Origin: Octopus bimaculoides
Lineage: Eukaryota
Assembly (NCBI RefSeq): GCF_001194135.2
Contig: NC_069000.1
Coordinates: 14,229,299 to 14,293,298, forward strand
DNA length: 64,000 bases
Direction of reading: 5' to 3'
Positions 36,201 to 49,698 of the stretch are shown here, in pieces; positions within the stretch are counted from its first letter, which is position 1, and every line of letters begins with the position of its first letter. A program made the position numbers and the translations under genes. Under the pieces are notes generated by a model. The model worked only from the letters and a program-made list of their open reading frames with translations. It had not been told where the DNA came from and did no database searches.

Positions 36201-37611
36201 ACACTCTATAATTAAACATATTGAACAATATATTTTAAATGCAGAAACTCATCCAATTTTTGGCATGCTTGCATGAGTCAGATTCCTAAAAAAACAATTT
36301 AAGAAAAATTTAAAAAACACAAGAGCCATTTCAAGTGTTCACTATCTGGTGGTTTTTAGAAAAACATAAATGAAGCTAATAGTGTGAGATGGCCATTCTC
36401 ATGAAGTTAAAACCCAACAGGTTTCCAAAAATGTTCAGATTCCACAGAAAAATATCTATTCACCCATAAATGTGTGTCAAAATGGTTTATTTTTTAGCAG
36501 ACACTGTTTTCAAACCAAAGCAGATTTTCAAAAATTTTCAGGATACCCACAAAAATCACTATATACCTGTAAAAGTATTATTGTGAAATGATTCATTTTT
36601 GATCAGGCGTCAATACTGAAACAATTTCTTCCAGATCTAAATAGCATTGTCTTTAAAATGAAATCTTTTGTCAGTTATATCATAATCCGAATTTGATACA
36701 TCTTTTATTTGCATGCCTGACTTGAACCATAAACAATAACAAAATTTCCAGATGAAATCAAAACAAATCACCCCACCATAACATTCTTTTGTTGTGCATC
36801 TCATACAAGATAAATGAGAGTCGTCACTACAGGTATTGTCTTGCAAATTCATTAGCATTTTTTGAAATTCCAAGGTCAACGTAAATTAACACCATGAGGC
36901 TTTTTATGCTACTCTGGAGAAATTCAAAAGAATTAGCAGTTGATATTTTCAGGTGAAAAAAATATATTTTATGCAATGACACGTACATCACACTTTTTGA
37001 ATCCACATAAAAAAAATTCAATATGCATTCCTGATTAAAAATTTTTTGTTTTAATACTTGCCTGGGTTGTTAAATTTTATTGTGAAAAATGAATCAATAT
37101 AATTCTCGTAAATGTTGGATATTTCATAATTTGAGCATTTTACTGCCATGTACAAGCATGCAAGAATGGCCCAGAAGTTGTGTCAATATATGGAAAACCA
37201 TGTTTAGAAATAGAGAGAAAAATATTTCCAGATAATGATTCTTTAGCTCTCCATCTTAAAATTTATCTTATAAAAATTCTGCTTGTCATTGTGTTACTTA
37301 GCCCTGGCAGTAACACTTTCATGTGATTAGAGAAAAAGAGGGAGGGCGAAAAAGAGGTAAAAACAAGCATCCATGATGTGAGGTAGAGGAAATGTAATTG
37401 TAACACTTTCACATGATTAGTTGAAGGGAAAGAGAGGAGAAAGAAAAAGAAAAAAGAAAAAGGAGAGAGAAAAAGAGGATAAGGTGAAGAGTGAGATAGA
37501 AAGAGGGAGAAAGAAGCGTCCATGATGCTAAGTAGGGGCAACATAATATTTATTACATGGTTAAAAAAGTTAGTTAAAGGGAGAGGAGGAGAGTTAAAAA
37601 TATAATTTTAG

Positions 37612-38006
37612 CAGAGATGGTGGTGGAACAATATAGTTGACAGGACCATCAGGAAAAGAAACAGGCATGGAAGGACTGGAAGTGTGGTGGTAACAGGAAA
37701 CTGTATCAGATAGCCAGAAGGGAAGCTAGGAAACAGGTTTACTTAGCTAGAGGGGAAGCAGATAAGAAGAAATTTGCCAGTGTTCTGCATTGTGAGGACC
37801 AGAGACTTGAAGCGCTTCAAATTGCAAGACAGTGTGTGAGAGAAAATCATGATGTCACAGGAGAGAAATGCGTCCGCATGGATGATGGCTCATTTGCATT
37901 TAATAATGCTACAAAGAGAGGAGAGACTTGCAGACGCCACTATGAAAGGTTGCTAAATGAAGAGAATGAATGGGAGAAAGAGAGTATACTAAATGTCGAC
38001 CCAACA
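37612..38006 (+). mobile_element. RTE-clade LINE ORF fragment (endonuclease-RT linker), frameshifted
   Basis: Translates across frames to WWWNNIVDR..AWKDWK..YQIARREARKQVYLARGEADKKKF..IARQCVRENHDVTGEKCVRMDDG..HYERLLNEENEW, a typical non-LTR linker. Confidence 0.75.
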
Positions 38007-38039
38007 CACTCACACATGCACACACACACACACACAATA

Positions 38040-38400
38040 GGCTTCCACTCAGTTTCCATGTACCAATCATAAGGTTTTGATCAACCCAGGGCTATAGTAG
38101 AAGACACTTGCTCAAGGTGCCATGCGGTGGGACTGAACCTGAAACCACATTGTTGCAAAGCAAGCTTCTCAACTACACAACCATGCTGTACCTTTATCTT
38201 TTATCTTTTACTTGTTTGATTTAGTAGATTGTGGCCATGTTGAGGCACCATTTGGAAGAACTTTTAGTCAAATGAATCGACCCAAGTACTTATTTCTTTT
38301 AAAGCCTGGTACTCATTCTATCAGTCTCTTTTGCTGAACCACTAAGTTACGGGAACATCAGCAAACCAACACTGGTTGTCAGGTGGCAGACAAAGAAAGA
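38040..38400 (-). mobile_element. SINE family A pieces (head half and tail half)
   Basis: Reverse-complement matches to the family A head and 3' block. Confidence 0.7.
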
Positions 38401-38422
38401 CAGACATACACACATAGATATA

Positions 38423-38870
38423 CAGGGGTTGGACAAAATAATGAAACACCTAGCATTATAGCATCATAATTTTGAAATATCTATAAAACCGTCAAAAGCT
38501 TGTTCATTTTAATGTTTTTTGATTTATTATTAGTGTTGCTTAATATGTTTTGCTAAAATTGCTATTTCTTTTCAGATATCATCAGAAAAGGGTAATTAAA
38601 ATTCATTAAAATGACAGATCCATCGGATTTTCAAAGAGGTCAAATTGTTGGTGCTCGTACGGCAGGTGCTAGCATAATGAAACCAGCTGAAATGTTTGGT
38701 TTATCAAGAAGTACTGTCTCGAAAGTAATGACAGCCTTTGAGAAAGAGGGAAAAACCTCCTTGTCGAGACAAAACTCTGGAAGAAAACCAAAACTTTCAG
38801 ATAGGAACCATCGGACTCTTACATGAATTGTTAGAAAGGATCACGAAAGTACAGCTCCCAAAATTGCTGC
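38423..38870 (+). mobile_element. Tc1-like DNA transposon, left end plus transposase HTH N-terminus only
   Basis: TA|CAGGGGTTGGACAAAATAATGAAACACC terminus. ORF 38611-38826 MTDPSDFQRGQIVGARTAGASIMKPAEMFGLSRSTVSKVMTAFEKEG..NSGRKPKLSDR is a Tc1 paired-like HTH, followed by a premature TGA and truncation. No right TIR. Confidence 0.85.
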
Positions 38871-41800
38871 TCCCTCTCCCAGCTTAGAAGTCTTTGTCAT
38901 GCAGATGCTGGTGTCACATAAAATGTATTTGTGCCAGTGCCATGTAAAAAGCACTCATGCCAGTGGCACAGAAAAAGCACCCAGCACACTCTGTAATGTG
39001 GTTGGCGTTAGGAGGGGCATTCAGCCGCAGAAAGCATGCTAAAGCAAGACAATTGGAGGCTGCCAGCTCCTGTCAAACCGCCTGGATGGAAAACGGACCT
39101 TAACTGATGATGATAATGTACGTATGTATCAGTTTTCAACTTTTCTCGAAATAAGTTTTAAACCCAATATTTACATGCTATTATTTATAGCGTTATTTGC
39201 TTCGAGTTTCACTGTTCTCAAAAAGAAAGCATTATATATACATATTTATACAGATCACAATTGTCACATTTTTTTCTTTGTTGCATAGTGCAAGAAAGAT
39301 TTTTCTTTAGGTCTTAACAATGAAAAAGTTTAGGACATAAAACTTGAACTAGCCTGACATACTTTACATACATATAAAAAATATTATTTTAAATATATTC
39401 GGGCAACAGTGTTCAAAAGGTAAACCATATAAATTATTTCCTAACTGGAGCTGTCATTGTCTGCTGAAGCATGCATGACCTGAATTGACTGGGAATGTTT
39501 AGGGCGCCTAAATATATTGCCTGATCCTGACTGCTAGACAAGCTTCTCCATCACCCCCACCATTACACCACAATAGCAAAATAACACCTGGTTATTTCTC
39601 TGTAATATTTGAAATATATAAATACGAAATCTATTACTTTTTTTTTTACTTGAAATAAAGCCTATTAAAGATAAGGTATATTACTTAAAATAAGGCATAT
39701 TAAAAAGTAGTAAAAATATATGTTTAATTTAAATCTAAATCCGTTATTTGATAAAAATCTACCTTTCTATGTATTCCGAATTGAAATCAGATATCATTAT
39801 CGCACAGTTGTAGTGTAATTTTCAATATCAATATAAAGAAAACTTGAATAATCGATAAATATCAACTGTGATATAATATACGATAAAATATATTTCCCTG
39901 TGAAATGTTGTTTATGCATTCAACAATTTGTATATTTTTGAAATTCGTTTTCCGAATGTCAATACATTAAGATGAACATTTTATTTCGTAATTCATTATA
40001 TTAAAAATGAAGTGAACAACATCAATAATAATAAAACCACGAGATGTGTTTTTAAGTTTTCCTAGTTGTTGGTAGAAATACCTTAAGTGTGATAGGAAAC
40101 ATTCCCTCACAGCTAAACCCCATTTAGTTTTCCGACTGATCGCACCTTGATCTGTTAATTTTCAAGTGTTTCTCAAGGTAAGGTATCACTTAAAATACAA
40201 AGCAGAGTTTGTAAGTGAGAGAAATAATAATAAAAACAAAAAAAGCAAAGGGTGTTTATTATTTTTAAATTAAATATGTTGACAGAACTGCAATGGTGCT
40301 GATGCGATTGAGGGGAAAGTCATAACAGTAGGCAAGAGAAACGAGGGAAGTTGTTGGTGCGAATAGCTGTTGGAAAAGCCTCATCTTCACTTTCCAATAT
40401 GTCTGTTTCACGGAAGAGCGGTATGTGTTCTCAGCTCATTTAGACAGGCGAAAACATTACCGCTCACTTTGTTGATTTATTATTTTTTTTACATAGACAC
40501 ATTTTTAAAAAAAAGCTACTGAGGACGATCAACATTCATTAAACCCTCTTGCTTATTTTTGTAAGATTTGAGTGGATTTTACTACTAGCAGCAGAGTAAT
40601 TATGATTTGGACTAGCGAACCTAACACACCAACAAACAGCATCTTTACATGGTACGTGCTATACTATATCACAATTATTAATATTTTCTTTCTATTACTT
40701 TTATATAATCACAGTATCAAGATGATAAAATTAATCTTAAATCTTCTAACAATAACTATGACTTATTTCAGCAGCTTTTTCTTTTTCACTATACGTCTTA
40801 ATTATATTTTGCATGGTACTTGTCCAATATTTCAGTAACTAACTATTACATGGTGGGAACTACACCACATATACTAAAATTTCTTCTCTATTGTATTGCA
40901 ATCATTTGCAATATCTAAATGACTCTAATCTCAAATCTTCAAACAATAATCATGACTTATTTGGCAGTTTTTTTTTTATTGCAGTATATCATTCCATTGA
41001 ATAAATCAGTTGACACGTTATTTGTTTAAGATTTTAGTAACTAACCCTATTTATTTTCCACGTGTATTATTTTTAATTTGAACATTATATGTACTGATAT
41101 CTTTATTGAAATGATTTCGTCTTTGTTACAGAGTCTTATAAAGTTTAAAATCGTATATAAGCATATGTACATCTAAAGACTTGGCATCGAGAATTCCTCA
41201 GAGTACCTGTCAAAACTAATCCCTTACTGCTCTTTTGTATATACCATGTATAATTCTGTGTGTGCTATATATATATATATATATATATATAGATAGATAG
41301 ATAGATAGATATGTNNNNNNNNNNTGTGTGTGTGTGGGGGGGGGGGGTAAACAGATATATTATAGTAGCTACACATGTATATTTCTGCATACAAAACAAG
41401 GAAAATGTATTCAATACATAATGTAGAGTCGTTTAATCGTAATATATAGCAGTGATATCTCAGTTCTTACATACACACTCTAGGTATTTGTGAATTTTTA
41501 TGTAATTTAGTGTCCGATATATAACCGTTTTTATTTGAAGAAAAAAAGATGATGTGTATATATATGTATATATGATAGTATTAGGGACAAAATCCAATAT
41601 TACAGGTAAAAGCTCAATTAAAATCAATTTATAAAAAATTTAAATTAAATTAAGCTTTACAGAGTAAAATATACATAAATATATAGTTTTAGGGAAAAGA
41701 ACCAAGGTTCATGAACTTCATCGATGAAAATCCACTGTCACATAAAACTATATATATGTATATATATATATATATAAATATAATAAAATCAACCGATTTT

Positions 41801-42772
41801 TTAAATATTCCTCGCCTGTTGTATCATTCTGCAGAAATGTTTTCATTCAAGAGATAGCATCATGTCACACTAAGCCCCTCACCTCATTTCCCGTCCCTTA
41901 AAAAGCCTTCATTGTTTATTTAATAAGGTTATATGAAATTAAACAAGTTATTTATATGTATCAAGATTCTGCTGTCACATAATTACATGTCTCCCTAACA
42001 ACATAATTCGATGCATATATTATTATCTAGATATAACACATTCAAATTGAACAATAAACCTGTTTTTCAAAAGGTTCTCACCCTACTTTTCCTAATAAAT
42101 CGCTTTTCATTGTGGTTAATTAATGTTGTATTCAATTTTAATTGATCGCTTCATGAAAACACTTGCTTTTCTAATAAACAATGCTCCAAAAACTCGGGTA
42201 CCTAATCATTCTACTTGAAAACCTGAAGTAGTCTCTGGTGCTTTTTTTCTTTTCTTTATCTTAGATTATCGTTATAAATAATCGTTGTATCTGATAATTT
42301 GAAACGTCTTTGTTGTAGGTTAATTATTAATTAATCTTTGAGTGATTTCTATATATTTTTTTAATAGTCATGTAATACATTAACCTTTTATGAACCTAAA
42401 ATATTAACCTTATTTTACTGAAGTACAATAATTATTAGCCAAAATATTTTTAAATTTTGCAACCTTCAGCGAACAAGTTTTACATATTAATCCCTCTATC
42501 TATCTATCTATCTATCTATNNNNNNNNNNNNNNNNNNNNNNNNNNNNNNNNNNNNNNNNNNNNNNNNNNNNNNNNNNNNNNNNNNNNNNNNNNNNNNNNN
42601 NNNNNNNNNNNNNNNNNNNNNNNNNNNNNNNNNNNNNNNNNNNNNNNNNNNNNNNNNNNNNNNNNNNNNNNNNNNNNNNNNNNNNNNNNNNNNNNNNNNN
42701 NNNNNNNNNNNNNNNNNNNNNNNNNNNNNNNNNNNNNNNNNNNNNNNNNNNNNNNNNNNNNNNNNNNNNNNC

Positions 42773-42803
<31 letters not shown>

Positions 42804-43224
42804 GTGTGTGTGTGTATATATATATATGGTGTGTGTATATATATATAAGTATAGTGCAGGAGAGAGAGAGAGAGTGTGTGTGTGTAGGTACATGCATGCA
42901 TGCAACACACTATATGTATGCCATGCACAAACCTCTCGGCCCTTGATGCAGTTGTATAACTTTTTTGCTGATGAAAAATACATACTGTATGTATAGTGCA
43001 AATATCTAAATTGTGTATAAACATGAGTAATATAGTGTTAGTTTATTTGTACGTAATGTATGTGTGTGTATATGTATATCAAGTACATTTTTACGTATAT
43101 TTTTCCATGCTAGCATTGGATTAACGGGATATATTATTGCATTGTTTACAGCTGGATGCCCTTCCGCTAGGCATAACCTGTTTTTCTTTTTAAGTAAACG
43201 ATGCGTGTGTGTGTGTTTATTACT

Positions 43225-43347
43225 AACAGCTTGACTCAGCTCCATATGATTAGATACCTAGGGAAGAGTCTTCCCTAGATATCTGATGAGATGGGTTTGC
43301 CCTACGAGCTCCCGAAACTTCAAGTCATGGAGCTGAGTCAAACCGTT
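43225..43347 (+). ncRNA. Type I hammerhead-ribozyme-like motif within a fold-back repeat
   Basis: CTGATGA-G (43283-43290), C-GAAA-C (43313-43318), palindromic stem III ACTT-C-AAGT, GTC triplet (43324-43326). The 21-nt terminal inverted arms match at 19/21. Stem II is defective. Confidence 0.55.
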
Positions 43348-44612
43348 TACATGTAACTTCTTGCCACTTTCTTTCGTTTGTCCACTCATCTGTGTGTGTG
43401 GAGAAAGAGAGAGAGAGAGAGAAGTACATAGGGGTGAAATACATTTTCAACATAAGGAAATTCTTTTCAATTCCTAGTTATAATTCTATTGAAACAGCAC
43501 TCTCATTATATAATGAAAATTATTACAACATATATTTCTATACAGTGGAACAAATTGGAACATCCTGGCATTAGAATCATTTTTCCATTAAAAAAATATA
43601 CGAAAATAAATAAAAAAAATCTGAATACACAGCCCTTTAAAGTCATCTGTATAAACAAAGAATATTGATTAGGGTATGAACAATAAATACAGCTAGATAT
43701 TCAATCACTTTGATAGTAAGTCTGATGCTTGTGTTTGCACTCGTCCATATCAGATGAGTGCGTTAAATGCAGTTATCATTTGACAAAAAACAGATCAATA
43801 AAGTTCACTTTGTTCTTTTCACATTCAATTAAAAATATGTAAATTTCTGTGATCAGTAAATAAAGTATTAATTCATGAAATACTCTTGAGAATGAAAGTG
43901 TTCCAACTGCAAACGTTTTTTTTTATGGAAATATTTTTTTTTCCCCACATTGGTAAGAACATAAACTTCTCAATCATGTCTTTTAGTGTTTACTTGTTTC
44001 AATCATTTCACTACAGCTTTGCTGGGGCACCTCCTGGAAGGTTTTAGGTTGAACAACTCGACCTTGGTACTTATTTTTATAGCTGGTATTTATTCTATCG
44101 GTCTTGTACCGATCTGCTAAGCTACAGTGACATAAATAAACCAACACTGGTTGTCAAGTTATGGTGAAAGGACAAACAAACACAAAGACACAAATATATG
44201 TTCAAATTTCCCACTATTTTGTGTACTCAGATATTTTTTACATTAAAGAACATCAGCAATCCAACTGTGACCATCCTTTCTGTTTTTCAAATTAAAATTC
44301 CAACACATATAGAGACTATAAATACAAATTAATAAGTGAACAATATGAAAGAAAATTAATAAAATTTGATACAATTTATGATAAAACAATTAAATACACA
44401 TTGTTGCAATATAATACTGTTGAAAATAATAAATACAATTTATAAAGACTAAAATAGATATTTCTATCACCATGTATATAAATACCATAGAATAGTATGA
44501 TTAAATACAAATAGGAGAGCTTGCTACAGAGAAATGCTTCATTGTACTGATTCTGTATTAATTAAAAAAAAATTAGTACCTCTGATAGAGAATTACTAGG
44601 TATCCTTTAGTT

Positions 44613-44885
44613 CAGGGGTTTTCAAACTTTTTGACTTGCGGACCCCTTTATATTTCAGGCTTTACCTTAGGGACCCCCTTATAAACGCTTATGAAATTTA
44701 TACATAAATATTTGCTTAAAATAACATATTTTTACATTTATTTATTTAACAGTATTTAACAAATAGGTTTATTGTCAATTAAAAGATTTCGATTAAAAAA
44801 CATATATAAAATCAAATTACCCATAAAAAGTATTTGCTGTCTATGGACTCCCTGTGGTCATCGGACCACAGTTTGAAAACCCCTG
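44613..44885. mobile_element. hAT-superfamily MITE (273 bp)
   Basis: Perfect 16-bp TIRs CAGGGGTTTTCAAACT / AGTTTGAAAACCCCTG and a perfect 8-bp TSD ctttagtt (44605-44612 and 44886-44893). Confidence 0.9.
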
Positions 44886-46379
44886 CTTTAGTTAATATCT
44901 AATGGATGGAATGTATTGTGGGTCAAACAGCCCAGATTCTTTTTAAAATTGTAATATTTTGAATTTTGATTTGTATTGTTCTGTTATTAAATTTAGTTTT
45001 GTATTGTATGTGTTGAAATTTGAATTTGAGAAAAGATGAAAATATGAAAACAAATTGTCTGAATCCATAAGATTAGACAAACTAGCCATGGTCAGAAATT
45101 GGATGGTGGTGGTGGATGATGGGTGACAAGAATCAGTGATTCTATTTTAAAAAAAAAAGAAGAAAAGAAGATGGGTTGTTGATGGAATGCTTTTGTTCTC
45201 ACCAATGTTAGATAATTTGTTAAATTCTGATTCTTTGCTGAATAAATGTTTTAGTGTTTATGCAAAGTGTCATCATCATCATTTGTTTACTTTTCTATTC
45301 TTGCATGGGTCAGACAGAATTTGTTGAGGTAGGTTTTTTACAGCTAGATGCCCTTCCTGTTGCCAACCCTCACCTGTTTCCAAAAGCCAGACAGGTTTTC
45401 TTTAGAAAACTGAACACGAACATGCATGTTTATAACCATCACATGATGTCAAGACAAGGGTACACACATGCTTACATACATGCATGCATACATACATATG
45501 CACAAATGGGACTCCTTAAGTTTTCATCTACCAAATCCACTCACAAGTCCTTGATTGGCCCAGGGCTATAGTGCCAGACAGTTGCCCATGGTTTGCACAG
45601 TGGGACTGAACCTGAAACCATGTGGTTGGGAAGCAAATTTCTCAAATCACACAGCAATCCCAATGTGGTACTCATCATTGACAAGGACCAAAAATGTGTG
45701 AGTGAGTGTGTGTGTAGAAAGACAGAGAGACACAGTCTTGATATATTATTTCCTTTTTGCATTCTGGAGCTAAAGACTCAGTATATACTATGCATTTATA
45801 TGACCTCTATCCCCATGTACACCCATTGTAATTTATATATCTTGTAGAAACCACTATAATAATGTTACAAATTCTAAAACTCTTTAATAGAACTAACATG
45901 GCTTCTGTTTTTGCTCTGTCATTGATCATGAAGCATTCTCATGAGTTTATTGCTTCAAATTCATCAAAGTCTGAATCATCATCCAATTCTGAAAATAATT
46001 CTAACCATTTTTCATTATTTATCTTTTCATCTGTGTCCCATCCTATCTATTCATCATTTTATCATCTTAATCTAAATTTGTGGTGATGTCTGTAGTTGCA
46101 TCCTGATCATTCCATAGGTTATTCAAACCTTAAATGGTTTGTGTTGAAAACATCATCAAGAGGCTAAAGAACACTTGCCAAGCCATACAGGATTAATGTT
46201 TGATGAATTTCCCATAATCTTTTAAAGTGTTTTACTGGCTCATTAAAGTGATTCTATAAACTGGTTCCATGCCAGCATTGCAGGTTTCTTTTGTAAATGC
46301 TCTGGGGGTCTTTTTTTATCTACTTTTCTCATCATAAAGGTATGCCTTCTCCATTAATCCAGCCTTTTAAAAGTGGCAT

Positions 46380-46745
46380 TGAACAATGGTTGTATGGTTA
46401 AGAAGTTTGTTTCCCAACCACATGGATTCAGGTTCAATCTCACTGCATGGCACCTTGAGCAAATGTCTTCTGTAGCCAATTCAATTCGGTTGACTGAAAC
46501 TATGTGGAAACCTATCATGTGTGTGTGTGTGTGTGTTTCTATTTGTATTTGTTCCCCACTACTTGACAACCATTGTTGATTTGTTTACATCCCTTTAACT
46601 TAGTGGTTCAGCGAGAGAGATTGATAAAATAAATACCAGACTTTGAAAAAAGAAAAAATTTAAGTACTGAGATCATTTTGTTCAACTAAACCTTGAAGGC
46701 AGTGCCCCAGCATGGCCACAATCCAATGATTGAATCAAGTAAACA
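46380..46745 (+). mobile_element. SINE family A copy, diverged
   Basis: Head, (TG)n and 3' block recognisable. Confidence 0.7.
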
Positions 46746-47356
46746 ATAAAGAAAATTTTTCTGATTTTGGAATTGTCATTTCTTTTAAAAATAACAACAG
46801 TACTTAAATTTAATTCCTCCAGCTAAATCACAAAACTGTGCTGAAATGTTGCTTCATATCCTATTAATATACAGACAGTTTTTCTTTGTTTTCTCTAGTC
46901 TACTGTTCTTGGCATGAAAAAAAAAATAGGTGTCTCATGCTGCTTTTCCAGTTTTATCATAAAACTCTGAATCTGCAGTCTTATCATCTAAATCAGAGGG
47001 AATCTTCTGTGAATTTTTTTTTTTTTTTTTCCTAATGTAGAGCTAAAAAAATGCCTTCTGAAAAATCTCTGGTTCCGCCCATTGAAATTAAAAACTGAAA
47101 ATTTGAAAGATTGACTAATTTCATATTTCTCTTCTGCCCCCCCCCCTTTTCTTTTTGTTTTGTAACATTACAAGTAATGTTATTACAATGTATCCATCTT
47201 TTCTCTTATATTCTACACTTTCAACCAACTCTTTTTCCAATTCTTGACAGTCGGCTTGCTTTTCCTTTAGAAATTATTTATTTACTTAAGAGATTATTTA
47301 CTGCTTGGCATTTTCTACAGTTGGGCTTTGTCCTTTGTTCTTTTCTCGTAGTTTAA

Positions 47357-47567
47357 CCCTTTAGCATTCAGATTACTGTCAAATGTAATGCTTATTTATT
47401 CACATTATTTTGAATTAATCAGGCATTATCTTGTTTGTAGCTTCAAGATTTGCATTATGTAATTGCTTATTTTTAGAATGACATTTTAAGGTAGATGGTA
47501 GAGGCTGAATTTGGTCAGTTTGAACATAAAACAAGTAGAATATTTGGCTGATTGAAATGCTAAATGG
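47357..47567. mobile_element. piggyBac-type MITE, same family as 25285-25509 in opposite orientation
   Basis: TTAA|CCCTTTAGCATT ... AATGCTAAATGG|TTAA. Partial copies also at ~14930-15122, ~28622-28800 and ~8855-8883. Confidence 0.8.
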
Positions 47568-47711
47568 TTAATATTACTCCTAACAACATCAACTTCTTTA
47601 GACAAATGTTCTTTTCAGCAAAACAACTTGAATCTGCACAATCTTATCAATTTAAACTCAAGTCTAAGTTATGCACTATAAGCAACACACACACATGCAC
47701 ACAGAGCTACT

Positions 47712-48016
47712 ACCCTGAAAGACCTTCATCGAATTGACAAATGCTGAGTATTAGAGGTTTACTCCTTAGTACTTCTCCAGCAGTTGTCTCACTCGGAGGA
47801 TAGCATAAGCAGTACTACCTCTTAGCACAAAACCAAACTGTATCTCATCTAAGTTAATTCTGTCCCTAATTGTACTATATCTCTTTCTGTAACTTTTATA
47901 ATTTGGTCCAACAATTTGATGTTTCTGTAATTTCTGCTCTCTAATGAATCTCGTTTGCCCTTGTAGCAGTTGGCAATGATACTATATTACTTCAGTCTTT
48001 GGATATGACACCTTCC
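47712..48016 (-). mobile_element. Degenerate RTE-clade LINE reverse transcriptase fragment
   Basis: The reverse strand reads CYKGKRDSLESRNYRNIKLLDQIIKVTER..DRINLDEIQFGFV..STAYAILRVRQLLEKY, matching RT motifs 1-2, with stops and frameshifts. Confidence 0.8.
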
Positions 48017-49527
48017 TTTACTACCTGAATGTGCTGGATGCTTTGTTGGGAGATCACCAACACTAGTGAGGTTGTCAAGTAACCTGAAGACAAAGTAAAG
48101 ACCCACAACTAAGTGGGTTTGTAGTAGAGAGGGTGGTAGCATTACTCTAAGTATGATAGAGGGACAGGCACAGGTATCTTACTATAGGGGAGATACATGG
48201 CTACTCCACATTGTATAAGGGTGGGAGAAGCTGGTAAAGATGGTGGTGAGGTGTCAGAGTGTACTCTCAGACATGAACTTGGGTATGAGAGAATATGGAC
48301 AAAGAATCACGAAATGTGGGTAGATGAGTTCATTAGAGCATATAGTAAGTATTTCTCTTGTGACGGATTAAACACACAACAGAAAATAGTGAGGAGTGAA
48401 TTCAGAGTTAGAGCTAGGGACAAAAGGCAGTTTAGCGAAAGATATTGAGGTTTGAAGAGCAAAGTTATAGGAAGAGACATAGACTTTATAATGTAAGACA
48501 ACTGGAAGTTCATATGAGTTAATGGTGAGGTGTTTACTGAGACGAGTATAGAGGTGANNNNNNNNNNNNNNNNNNNNNNNNNNNNNNNNNNNNNNNNNNN
48601 NNNNNNNNNNNNNNNNNNNNNNNNNNNNNNNNNNNNNNNNNNNNNNNNNNNNNNNNNNNNNNNNNNNNNNNNNNNNNNNNNNNNNNNNNNNNNNNNNNNN
48701 NNNNNNNNNNNNNNNNNNNNNNNNNNNNNNNNNNNNNNNNNNNNNNNNNNNNNNNNNNNNNNNNNNNNNNNNNNNNNNNNNNNNNNNNNNNNNNNNNNNN
48801 NNNNNAGTGTGGGGGGAGGAGGGGGGAAGACTAGGAGAGGCTCAGGAAATAGGAGGTGATAAGTGTAAATACAGGAAGGGATGAGAACAGCTGTGTAACA
48901 AACTTGTGGATAGATCACAGAAAATATGTAGGTGGTGTGCTGGGGTGGGGGGGAGTGAGAGTTGGGAGAGGGTGAACAAAAGACAGATGTACGGTGACAT
49001 AAAAGCAATAGGAGTAAAAATATTGGGCTGGTTTCATATTCTGTTCTCATTCAGGCAAATGTATTTTGTGATATGGAAAATATATTTTGGCAAATTACAT
49101 GCCCAAATGTTTCTGCTTCCATAACTGTTAAACTGTTAGTTTTCAGATGTCAATTATTCTCCTCTAAACTGTCTTGGATGTTATATTAACTTTGGAAATG
49201 TCCTTTTATCTTTTACTTGTTTTGGTCGTTGCACTGCAGTCATGCTGAGACCATGCCTTGAAGGGTTTGGTTGAATAAATTGACCCCAGTAGTTATTCTT
49301 AAACCTGATGCTTATTCTATCAGCCTCTATTGCCAAAGCACTAAGTTACATAGATGTAAACAAACCAGCACCAGTTGTCAAGTGGTGGCGAGGAACAAGC
49401 ACAACACAAAGACACACTCACACACATATATATATATGAATCTGGTCGGTGCCAGTGCTGCCTGACTGGCTCCCGTGCCGGTGGCACGTATAAAGCACCA
49501 TTCGAGCGTGGTCGTTGCCGGTGGCAC

Positions 49528-49660
49528 AGCTTACCAACCACATGGTTCCGGGTTCAGTCCCACTGCGTGGCACCTTGGGCAAGTGTCTTATACTATAGCC
49601 TTGGGCCGACCAAATCCTTGTGAGTGGATTTGGTAGATGGAAACGGAAAGAAGCCCATTG

Positions 49661-49698
<38 letters not shown>

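Noticed and set aside
45862-46350. Acidic SELDDDSDFDEF stretch on the minus strand, suggestive of a piggyBac transposase N-terminus
   Set aside because: Multiple stops, and no catalytic motifs or ends identified.
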